DNA of 25,671 bases, taken from an uncultured Candidatus Saccharibacteria bacterium (GTDB lineage Bacteria > Patescibacteriota > Minisyncoccia > JACQLN01). Shown here one piece after another: positions 15,290 through 22,547 of the stretch (the first letter of the stretch is position 1; each line of letters starts with the position of its first letter). Location: positions 3,510-29,180 of the forward strand of contig CAYJTN010000002.1 in assembly GCA_964373235.1 (NCBI GenBank), read 5' to 3'. The notes under the pieces are model-generated. The model searched no databases, was not told where the DNA came from, and was given only the letters and a program-made list of their open reading frames with translations. Position numbers and translations under genes: made by a program.

Positions 15290-16270
15290 TTATAAATTTT
15301 TTAATTCGGAGTTGGCGGAGCCTTTAGCCCCGTGTTCTTTTTTGGGCAAGATAAGCGTAAACACACTACCCCGTCCCACTTCTGATTTTACATCTATATT
15401 ACCCTCATGTCTAAGCACAATGTTTTTGGAAATAAACAAACCCAGGCCGGTGCCATTGGGCACCATCTTAACCGCGTTGTCTAAACGAAAAAATTTGCTA
15501 AAAAGGCGAGGCAGGTCTTTATCCGTTATCCCGATGCCAGTGTCGGCCACGCTGATTTTTATTTTATCGCCATCATCCGTTAAACCGACTATAACCTGCC
15601 CGCCGGCCGGAGTATAATTTATGGCATTGCCGATTAAATTTTCCAAGACCATCTGTATTTTTTCGGCATCAAATTTTATCACGACCGAAACGCCGGCTGG
15701 CCTTTCAAAAATCAACTTTATGTTTTTATTTTGAGCCGCCAGATTAAACAAAGAAACCACTGTGGCGATAACTTCGGCGATATCGCCTTCTTTAAAGTCG
15801 TATTCAAACCGGCCGCCTTCTATGCGGGAAACATCCAAAAGATCGTTGACCAGCTTGATGGTATTTTCATTGGTTTCGTAGGCCGATTTAACATATTCTT
15901 TTTGCGCCGGGGCGAGCTCGCCCACATCGCCGTTTAACAAAAGTTTAAGCGACCACTTCATAGCCGAAAGAGGGGTGCGCAATTGATGCGCCGCCACGGT
16001 AACAAAGTGCGTTTTGGCTTCATCCGTCAGACGCAGCTGCTCCGACACTTGGGATAGTTCAAAGTCGCGGCGGATCAGTGTTTTGGCGGTTCGGTCCAAC
16101 TCTTCAATTTGATTTTGCAGACGACGCCTTACTTTAGAAAATTCCACCAATCTGGCTAAAGCCAGTAAAATAACCAGCAAAGAAAGGCCGGTAATAAAAT
16201 AAAAATGGCGTTCCGGGGGCAATAACTTAAAGTAGAGTAAAATCTTATTCCACCACTCGCTAAAAGGCAT
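15290..16270 (-). CDS. Sensor histidine kinase (one TM, HisKA plus HATPase_c)
   Basis: AAHQLRTPL (H-box), NLIGNAINY (N), DTGIGI (G1), FSKFFR (F), GTGLGL (G2). Confidence 0.95.
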   Translation of the reverse strand: MPFSEWWNKILLYFKLLPPERHFYFITGLSLLVILLALARLVEFSKVRRRLQNQIEELDRTAKTLIRRDFELSQVSEQLRLTDEAKTHFVTVAAHQLRTPLSAMKWSLKLLLNGDVGELAPAQKEYVKSAYETNENTIKLVNDLLDVSRIEGGRFEYDFKEGDIAEVIATVVSLFNLAAQNKNIKLIFERPAGVSVVIKFDAEKIQMVLENLIGNAINYTPAGGQVIVGLTDDGDKIKISVADTGIGITDKDLPRLFSKFFRLDNAVKMVPNGTGLGLFISKNIVLRHEGNIDVKSEVGRGSVFTLILPKKEHGAKGSANSELKNL

Positions 16271-16272
16271 AG

Positions 16273-17457
16273 TTATTCTCCTACGACCAATAAAGTCATA
16301 GTTTCGTTATGAAAATAAGCCGGCGTGCCTTTTTTGCCCAACAGCGGTCCGATCTCGCCGTAGGTGTAAAAGCCCAGCATCGGTATATCGGCCCCGATGG
16401 CTTTTTGCACAGTTTGGTTTTCTTCGTGGCAACGCACGCCCAAAAGTTTGTTGCGGGCCATACAGTTAAACATAAGTATAAAAGACGGGTTATGCCCTGC
16501 CAGTTGTTCGCGAGCCGTCTCGGCCGCCCATTTAGCCGCGCTGATGGCTTTATCTTTGTCGCCGATCATCAACCGTACCGTGGCGCCTTCGGGTATGGCC
16601 GCGGCCATGGAAATTTCGCCTTTTTCGTTGGCTATTACCGGATCGCGGATCAATAATTCATCACTGCCTTCCACCGCGATGCCTATGGGATAAGTATAAG
16701 CCATCCGAGCCAGCGGTTCTTTGACCAGTTCCGAAGCGTCCTTGCCAAAAGAATCCTCGTACAATTTTAGGGCCGGCCGGCCATCCAATTCCTGAATCCA
16801 TACCCCGTTGGCTTTGGTAACTTTAACCGGCAAACCTACCGGGCTCCAACCATGCCTGATGCCGAATCCATAAGAAAACTTGCCATAAAAACCAACCGCC
16901 ACCACGGTATCGGTTACCACGCGGTCATTATAGTATTCGTAAGTTTTTTTGAATTGATAATCATCGCCGGCTGAACCGCCTATCATGGGCGCGTCGGCGC
17001 CCAGCACCGATTTGGCTCCTTCCACCACCGCCGAACCGTTGGCCGTCATACCATCCACCGTTAAAATCAAAAGGTCGGGTTTTGGGCCGCCTTTATTTTT
17101 TATCAGATCCTCCACTGCCATCGCCCCCGCCTTAAAACTATCGGCTTGCACGTTAGCGCCCAAGCCCGTGGCAAAAGAAATTTGATCGGAAACAATGGCC
17201 ATCACGTTAACCGAATCAAAACTGGTGGACCACGAAACTATTTCACCCGCCGCGCTACCGCCTACGATAAGCGCGGTGGGAAAAACCGACTTAAGGCCGG
17301 CTAAAACATCCTCTTGATTATATTGAATGGAAGAAAACGCGAAAACAATATGGGGCTGGCTTCCTTCCAACTTACCCAAGGCCTCGGTGGCCGCGTCGGC
17401 CGCGGCTTTTTTGTGATCGCTTAAATTTTGGCTTATGCCCACGCCAGCTTTAATCAT
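16273..17457 (-). CDS. FIST-N plus FIST-C domain sensory protein (NosP-like)
   Basis: IVGGSAAGEI, MIGGSAGDD, GW.PVG..VTKA.G..I.ELDGRPAL, FNCMARNKLLG, GFYTYGEIGP. Confidence 0.9.
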   Translation of the reverse strand: MIKAGVGISQNLSDHKKAAADAATEALGKLEGSQPHIVFAFSSIQYNQEDVLAGLKSVFPTALIVGGSAAGEIVSWSTSFDSVNVMAIVSDQISFATGLGANVQADSFKAGAMAVEDLIKNKGGPKPDLLILTVDGMTANGSAVVEGAKSVLGADAPMIGGSAGDDYQFKKTYEYYNDRVVTDTVVAVGFYGKFSYGFGIRHGWSPVGLPVKVTKANGVWIQELDGRPALKLYEDSFGKDASELVKEPLARMAYTYPIGIAVEGSDELLIRDPVIANEKGEISMAAAIPEGATVRLMIGDKDKAISAAKWAAETAREQLAGHNPSFILMFNCMARNKLLGVRCHEENQTVQKAIGADIPMLGFYTYGEIGPLLGKKGTPAYFHNETMTLLVVGE

Positions 17458-17508
17458 AGGATATTATATTTTAGGATATTAGACGCTAGGAAACCAAAAA
17501 CTGATTTC

Positions 17509-17745
17509 TTAATTCCTAATTCCTAATAATTGACTAATTTTACCTCTATCAAAACCAATAATAATCTTTCCATCTATATCTGTAACAGGCACGCCCAGCT
17601 GGCCGGTTTTATTTATCATTTCTTCTCTAGCTTTAGTATCAGCAAAAACATCAAATTCCTGAAACTCAATATTATGTGCCTTAAAAAATTCTTTTTCGGC
17701 GTGGCAATAAGCGCAGGTGGGCGTGGTGTAGATTTTTACGGTCAT
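17509..17745 (-). CDS. Glutaredoxin-like protein (NrdH/YruB type), 78 aa; start moved to 17745
   Basis: YTTPTCAYC (CxxC), GQLGVPV, IIGFD; TATAAT box 6 nt before this ATG. Confidence 0.9.
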   Translation of the reverse strand: MTVKIYTTPTCAYCHAEKEFFKAHNIEFQEFDVFADTKAREEMINKTGQLGVPVTDIDGKIIIGFDRGKISQLLGIRN

Positions 17746-17805
17746 ATAGATATTATAACAGATTATAACAGATAAAGATTTCAAATAAAAAACCGTCAGC
17801 TACTA

Positions 17806-17830
17806 TTTATCGAGGTCGAACCTCAATAAA
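17806..17830. repeat. REP-like hairpin, family B, downstream of RAYT2
   Basis: tttatcgaggt-CGA-acctcaataaa, 10/11 bp. Confidence 0.85.
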
Positions 17831-17839
17831 ATTTTAAAT

Positions 17840-18538
17840 TCAATCATCAAGTATTAAATCTCTAATAAGTTTAACAGATTCATCTCTATTTTTTAACCAA
17901 TCAACCACATTTTCTCTATACCTCTCACTACCTTCAAAAAACTTTAGCAAAAAACCTCTGGAAGTAACTCTGGGGAAATTTTCTATTCCGATATAATCAA
18001 GAAAGCTACTCCATCGGTAGCTTTCCAAAAATTTAATAGCCTCACCATTTTCTATCGAGGTTCGACCTCGATAGTGTTTTAATTCCAAAGGATTTGTATG
18101 GATGTAATACGGTAAATGCAGAAAATGGGCTTGCTTGTTCACCAAAACAGCTTTGAAACTCCCTTGAAATAAACCACCCACACGATCGTATTTTTTATTA
18201 AAGTACATAGTGTACCCAGTACCCAATTTTTGCATGAATTTTACCACTCCATCTTTAACTCTCTGCTTTAATAATAAATGAAAATGGTTAGGCATCAGGG
18301 TAAAGATCATAATATCCACCAATAGCTTTCTTTCTCTATTCTTGCTAGGTTCCAACTGTAATTCATCGCCGGCAACAAAACTGTAACCGGAATTCAGAAC
18401 AGGTGCTTCGTCATTAAATTCAAATAAACCATGTATAAACCTGCGATAATCCTTGTCAGATAAAAATATTGATCTCTTTTCTACCCCACGATTATATACA
18501 TGATAAATTTGTCCTTCGGAAAATTGAGGTTTTTTCAT
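17840..18538 (-). CDS. rayT: REP-associated tyrosine transposase (RAYT), copy 2; start moved to 18538
   Basis: IYHVYNRG, LMPNHFH (HUH), YFNKKYDRVGGLFQG, YIHTNP, YRWSS; TGGTATAAT 6 nt before MKKPQF. Confidence 0.92.
   Translation of the reverse strand: MKKPQFSEGQIYHVYNRGVEKRSIFLSDKDYRRFIHGLFEFNDEAPVLNSGYSFVAGDELQLEPSKNRERKLLVDIMIFTLMPNHFHLLLKQRVKDGVVKFMQKLGTGYTMYFNKKYDRVGGLFQGSFKAVLVNKQAHFLHLPYYIHTNPLELKHYRGRTSIENGEAIKFLESYRWSSFLDYIGIENFPRVTSRGFLLKFFEGSERYRENVVDWLKNRDESVKLIRDLILDD
18052..18074. repeat. REP-like hairpin, family B, inside the RAYT2 coding sequence
   Basis: ctatcgaggt-TCG-acctcgatag, perfect 10-bp stem; encodes part of YRGRTSIE. Confidence 0.88.
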
Positions 18539-18558
18539 ATACAAATTATACCACAAAC

Positions 18559-18585
18559 TATTATTGAGGTTCGACCTCAATAATA
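18559..18585. repeat. REP-like hairpin, family B, upstream of RAYT2
   Basis: tattattgaggt-TCG-acctcaataata, perfect 12-bp stem. Confidence 0.9.
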
Positions 18586-18638
18586 AAAGACCTACTCGGT
18601 TTTTCCCTTTCGGTCTTTTCACTTGTAATATAGTGATT

Positions 18639-19082
18639 CTACTCGTCCAGACGTAAACCCTCGGTAGCGAGCATTCGTTCTATTTTATTTATTGTCCCCT
18701 TTCCAATGTATCGAATCTCTAGTAACCTATGCCGTCCGAAGGTCACCAAATCTCTTACTGTTTTCAAATGAAGATCATCGTGAAATAAACTGCCACGAAA
18801 CCTAGTTTCTTCGGTCAAACGATCCCGAATTTTTGTCGAAAGGGACTTGTCACTAACAATGTCTAGACACCGCTGGTAAGTAAAAAAGTCCATCAGAGGT
18901 GTATCAAGAATATTTCCATCCTCTCGTGGCACTTTCACAGCCAATACTGTTTTTTCAATCTTTAATGTGATGGTAAAACACTCCTCCGGTTCTAGATGCA
19001 ATTTTTCACCAACCCACCTAGCTAGTTTTTCCGATATTTCTTTAGCTTTCTGTTCAAGTATTTCACGTCGACTTTCCATCAA
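18639..19082 (-). CDS. Hypothetical protein with a C-terminal RNA polymerase alpha-CTD-like (HhH) domain
   Basis: LSTKIRDRL...LKTVRDLVTFGRHRLLEIRYIGKGTINKIERMLATEGLRL matches the alpha-CTD pattern; strong SD AAGGAGGG. Confidence 0.7.
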   Translation of the reverse strand: MMESRREILEQKAKEISEKLARWVGEKLHLEPEECFTITLKIEKTVLAVKVPREDGNILDTPLMDFFTYQRCLDIVSDKSLSTKIRDRLTEETRFRGSLFHDDLHLKTVRDLVTFGRHRLLEIRYIGKGTINKIERMLATEGLRLDE

Positions 19083-19187
19083 AACACCCTCCTTTATTGC
19101 GGTTGTACATCATTGAAAATAACAAAAAGTACTAAATACAAATAAAACATACATTATGCGACAATACAGGCACCCATGACGGTATTA

Positions 19188-20210
19188 TCAATATTCTCTC
19201 CTATTATCCAAATATTTCGCTTTAGCCAGATTATGTTCTTCCAATGTTTCCGAAAAGATGGTCTCGCCGCTTTGGGGCTTGGAAAGATAATAAAGATAAT
19301 TGCTTTTTTGGGGATACAAAGCGGCGTTCAAGGCCACTAAACCCGGATTGGAGATGGGCGTGGGCGGCAGGCCTTGATATTTATAAGTATTATAAGGCGA
19401 ATCTAGCTCGGTAGTATCGGATCGTTTGATGGGCCGGCCGAGGTCATACACCAATGTGGCATCGGCCTGCAACGGCATGCCGATTTCCAATCTTCTCCAT
19501 AGCACACCCGCGGCTAGGGGCATATCTTGGGGCGGAACTTCTTTTTCTAAAATAGAGGCCATAATCAGCGCTTGATGGAAATTCTGGCCCGAGTTCAAAG
19601 ACGATTTTCTGGCTTCAGCTGTTTTGGATCCAAACCTGTTAAGCATTTTAGCCGCGATCTCGGTAGCGCTGGCATCTTTAGAGAAACGATAAGTGTCGGG
19701 AAACAAAAAACCTTCCAAAGTACTGTGTTTAGAACTGGCGGCTGGGAGCCAATTAAATTCATCTGCTAAAGAAGAAGCTTTTATTCTAGAGAGCGTGCCG
19801 GCATCACCAAAACCGGCTTGCTTTAGTCTGGCTACCATGTCGTCCAAAGTTAAACCTTCGGGAATGGTAACCACCACTTCATCGCTGCCAAAAAGAGCCT
19901 CGCCTTTTTCTATCCTAGAAAGAATCTGATGCAAATTTAGCCCGGGTTCAAACACGTACTGGCCGGCTTTTAGAGTGGCAAAACTGCCTCGGTATATGGT
20001 GGCCGCTATAAAAGATAAACGGTTTTTAATAACACCCGCCAGTTTCAAACCCTGGGCTATTTCAAAAAAGTTATCGCCCTTTTCCACCGCAACTTCTTTT
20101 TGGCCGTCTAAAAATTGGGGCAAGAAAGCTTCATAAAAAATGTATAAAGCCAAAATAGCCAAAATAGCGAGCCCCGCTTGAAATTTGGTAAATTTAAAAC
20201 TTTTAAACAT
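19188..20210 (-). CDS. mltG: Endolytic transglycosylase MltG (YceG family)
   Basis: N-terminal TM, LKAGQY, VTIPEG, LEGFLFPDTY, ASILEKE, LQADAT, SPYNTY..GLPPTPISNPG. Confidence 0.95.
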   Translation of the reverse strand: MFKSFKFTKFQAGLAILAILALYIFYEAFLPQFLDGQKEVAVEKGDNFFEIAQGLKLAGVIKNRLSFIAATIYRGSFATLKAGQYVFEPGLNLHQILSRIEKGEALFGSDEVVVTIPEGLTLDDMVARLKQAGFGDAGTLSRIKASSLADEFNWLPAASSKHSTLEGFLFPDTYRFSKDASATEIAAKMLNRFGSKTAEARKSSLNSGQNFHQALIMASILEKEVPPQDMPLAAGVLWRRLEIGMPLQADATLVYDLGRPIKRSDTTELDSPYNTYKYQGLPPTPISNPGLVALNAALYPQKSNYLYYLSKPQSGETIFSETLEEHNLAKAKYLDNRREY

Positions 20211-20232
20211 CTAATAGCCCATTATACAATAA

Positions 20233-20844
20233 TCAGCGGTCTTTGATGAGGGGCACGAAAACAAAACCGGGGTACTCTTCCCCGCGAAAATCATCTGGCG
20301 ACAATTTGGTTAATTTTACCAAAGTCGTATCCACCGGCGCCACCGCCATACCTCCAATCTTAAGCTGATCTTTCCAGGCTGGTGGAATTTCTTTTCCCGA
20401 CGCCGCCGCGACAACTCTGTCATAGGGAGCGTCTTCCAGCCAGCCCAAACTACCATCGCCGACCACCAACTTAACCTTATTGAAGTGGAACTTCAATAGA
20501 TTTTGTTCCGCTTGTTTAGACAAACCCTCAATCCGTTCCACTGACACAACCAAGCCTTTTGATCCGACAATTTCAGCTATTAACGCCACCTGCCAACCCG
20601 AACCGGTGCCCACATCCAAAATTTTTTGACCCGGCGCGAGCTCCAGAAGTTCCAACATAAAAGCTACCGTAAGGGGTTGAGAGATGGTTTGCCCTTCACC
20701 TATAGACAATGGCTGGTCCACATAAGCCCAATCCTTAAATTCCTCCGGAACAAATTCCTTGCGATCTATTTTTCTAAAAGCCGAAATTAGAAATTGACTT
20801 TTAAGATAGCCCCGCGCTATCAGGCTATCAACTAAATTATCCAT
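20233..20844 (-). CDS. pcm: Protein-L-isoaspartate O-methyltransferase; start moved to 20844 (MDNLV) because the longer ORF overlaps tRNA-Trp
   Basis: IDRKEFVP, IGEGQTISQP, ILDVGTGSGW, GDGSLGW..APYDR, FVFVPL. Confidence 0.93.
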   Translation of the reverse strand: MDNLVDSLIARGYLKSQFLISAFRKIDRKEFVPEEFKDWAYVDQPLSIGEGQTISQPLTVAFMLELLELAPGQKILDVGTGSGWQVALIAEIVGSKGLVVSVERIEGLSKQAEQNLLKFHFNKVKLVVGDGSLGWLEDAPYDRVVAAASGKEIPPAWKDQLKIGGMAVAPVDTTLVKLTKLSPDDFRGEEYPGFVFVPLIKDR

Positions 20845-20853
20845 AATAATTAG

Positions 20854-20924
20854 CACGGGCGCCAGGATTCGAACCTGGAAAATCAGTTTTGGAGACTGAT
20901 GTGATACCATTTCACCACGCCCGT
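20854..20924 (-). tRNA. tRNA-Trp (CCA), CCA end not encoded
   Basis: ACGGGCG acceptor stem, TCAGT-CTCCAAA-ACTGA anticodon arm, CCAGG-TTCGAAT-CCTGG T-arm. Confidence 0.95.
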
Positions 20925-20926
20925 AT

Positions 20927-20947
20927 TATCGAGGTTGAACCTCGATA
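20927..20947. repeat. Orphan family-B REP hairpin between rpmG and tRNA-Trp
   Basis: tatcgaggt-TGA-acctcgata, perfect 9-bp stem. Confidence 0.85.
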
Positions 20948-20950
20948 TGG

Positions 20951-21106
20951 CTATTTTGATTCTTTATGTAAAGTCTGCTTTTTGCACCACTTGCAGAACT
21001 TTTTAATTTCAATTTTTCTGGTTACCTTTTTTTTATTTTTCCGTGTCCAGTAATTGATGCGCTGGCATTTGGTGCAACTCAACTTTATTAAATTATCTTG
21101 TGACAT
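20951..21106 (-). CDS. rpmG: 50S ribosomal protein L33, Zn-ribbon form, 51 aa (below the ORF-track cutoff)
   Basis: Manual translation MSQDNLIKLSCTKCQRINYWTRKNKKKVTRKIEIKKFCKWCKKQTLHKESK with two CxxC pairs. Confidence 0.95.
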   Translation of the reverse strand: MSQDNLIKLSCTKCQRINYWTRKNKKKVTRKIEIKKFCKWCKKQTLHKESK

Positions 21107-21113
21107 CTGATTT

Positions 21114-21191
21114 ACTACGAAGTACAAACATTTACGAAAATACGAATAACAATTAATTCGTGTGTTTCGTGCTAATTCGTAATTTCGCAGT
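21114..21191. repeat. ACGAA/TTCGT imperfect palindrome related to 13562-13686
   Basis: Three ACGAA units followed by three TTCGT units and one TTCGC; ends actacgaa/ttcgcagt. Confidence 0.6.
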
Positions 21192-21193
21192 GG

Positions 21194-21640
21194 TTAATTG
21201 ACTTTGACCCATTTTCTGGCTGTTTCATTATACTCGTAAATTTCCTGCGGCTGGCCGGAGGCAACATCCTCACCAGCCAGCAGTTTATACCCCAGTGGCC
21301 CGGGTTCAAAAAAACCGATAATTCTGTAATCCGGCACCGATCCGACCGTTTGGGTTAAGGTCAACAAAAAAGCCCGGGTGATAGACCCATCTTCATATTC
21401 CACATAAACATTGCTTTTGTCAATGAAACGAAATCTTGTGGCCACCCACCTACCGCCCCCTGCTGATTTTTCGGGCGAAACTTCGTTTATCTTCTCGGAA
21501 AAAAATTTAATAACATCCTCTCTGTCTATTTCGTAACTACCTTGGCCAGCTTCTTTAAAAATCAAGATACCGACAAAAATCACAAACACTGCCAGCGATA
21601 CCATCAAAACCGCGTTGGTTTTGTTAAAATTTCTATTCAT
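21194..21640 (-). CDS. Hypothetical membrane-anchored protein (148 aa)
   Basis: Single N-terminal TM followed by a beta-rich domain. Confidence 0.75.
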   Translation of the reverse strand: MNRNFNKTNAVLMVSLAVFVIFVGILIFKEAGQGSYEIDREDVIKFFSEKINEVSPEKSAGGGRWVATRFRFIDKSNVYVEYEDGSITRAFLLTLTQTVGSVPDYRIIGFFEPGPLGYKLLAGEDVASGQPQEIYEYNETARKWVKVN

Positions 21641-21641
21641 G

Positions 21642-21713
21642 AGCCACCTCTCGGATTTGAACCGAGGACCTTCACTTTACAAAAGTGTTGCTCTACCGCT
21701 GAGCTAAGGTGGC
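21642..21713 (-). tRNA. tRNA-Thr (TGT), CCA end not encoded
   Basis: GCCACCT acceptor stem, TAGCTCAGCGGTAGAGC D-arm, TT-TGT-AA loop, CTCGG-TTCAAAT-CCGAG T-arm. Confidence 0.95.
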
Positions 21714-21728
21714 CCTACTATTATGATT

Positions 21729-21761
21729 GTGCAGGGAAGCAGGACGACGTTCGAACCTACA
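21729..21761. repeat. att-like direct repeat, degenerate copy
   Basis: gtgcagggaagcaggacgacgttcgaacctaca; last 20 nt identical to 23414-23433. Confidence 0.75.
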
Positions 21762-21849
21762 CGATATTCGGAACAAGTATTGTACAAAAAACCTACACAT
21801 TTTTCAAGAAATGCGAGTCTATCAGTGCGTTATATATGTATAGCGAAAA

Positions 21850-22032
21850 CTAGCTTGATACAGGCCTTAGGTTGAGGTGTTTTTCTATTTTGTCCAATTT
21901 CTTTGATATATTATCAAATCCTGTAACAACTTCCTGTGTAAGTCTTTGCATATCATTTCTTAAAGGTTGAAGTTCTTCTCGAAGTACTTCCCTTACAGAC
22001 CTTAAGATATATTTTTCTTTTGAATTAAGCAT
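21850..22032 (-). CDS. Small coiled-coil hypothetical protein (60 aa)
   Basis: Heptad pattern; C-terminus LDKIEKHLNLRP resembles the neighbour's VDRVEKHLDLKP. Confidence 0.65.
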   Translation of the reverse strand: MLNSKEKYILRSVREVLREELQPLRNDMQRLTQEVVTGFDNISKKLDKIEKHLNLRPVSS

Positions 22033-22040
22033 ATGGCTTA

Positions 22041-22406
22041 CTAACGAACTAACGGCTTCAGATCGAGGTGCTTTTCAACTCTATCTACCCTATCTTTGAT
22101 TTTTGTTATTTCTTTGTCTTGTCTTGAATAACTACTGGTCTGCATGGTTTGTTCGGTTAGAATTCTATCTAGTTTACCTGCCAGCTTGTCATTACTATTT
22201 AGAATTTCATTTTTGAATTCAACAAGCTCCGCTTTAGTTGTAAATTCCTTTAAATCTTCCTTAGTGGCAAAAAACTTTAGCATTTCTTCTTTGGTAGCAA
22301 ATTGTTTCAGATCTTTTTTTGTAGCAAAAACCTCACTGGCCATTGCAAGGTATTCTTGGAAATCTTTGCGGGTTACTTTTTTGTTTAATTCTTTTTCTTT
22401 TGGCAT
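22041..22406 (-). CDS. Coiled-coil protein with F(A/T)TKxx(L/M) repeats (121 aa)
   Basis: FATKKDL, FATKEEM, FATKEDL, FTTKAEL repeats. Confidence 0.8.
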   Translation of the reverse strand: MPKEKELNKKVTRKDFQEYLAMASEVFATKKDLKQFATKEEMLKFFATKEDLKEFTTKAELVEFKNEILNSNDKLAGKLDRILTEQTMQTSSYSRQDKEITKIKDRVDRVEKHLDLKPLVR

Positions 22407-22547
22407 AGAGATGTTAGCGAAACTATTTAATGGCTCTATTGTATCAGTAAAGCAAAAGAGAGATCAATATGAGATAGGGGGGTGGAAGTTGCTTAATTGA
22501 GTAATTCGTTTTTCAAATCTCCAGATTCTTAGGGTTCTTTTTAAACT

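Noticed and set aside
375-17775. Numerous short ORFs antisense or out of frame to housekeeping genes (for example 375..590, 4098..4328, 12599..13009, 14171..14599, 16309..16656)
   Set aside because: They are fully overlapped by well-supported genes and show no recognisable motifs or initiation signals.
18001-18025. 9-bp inverted repeat gaaagctac/gtagctttc inside RAYT2
   Set aside because: It coincides with the conserved ESYRWSSF peptide, has a 7-nt loop and is unrelated to family B; probably a coding coincidence.
18539-18622. N-terminal extension of RAYT2 in the ORF track
   Set aside because: It runs through the upstream REP; a TGGTATAAT box 6 nt before ATG 18538 and the position of the YHVYNRG motif support the shorter start.
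20845-20910. N-terminal extension of pcm
   Set aside because: It is a read-through of tRNA-Trp.
21542-21853. Plus-strand 103-aa ORF
   Set aside because: It is antisense to tRNA-Thr and a real gene and contains the typical reverse-tRNA peptide (LGFEPRTFTL); only the att-like segment is informative.
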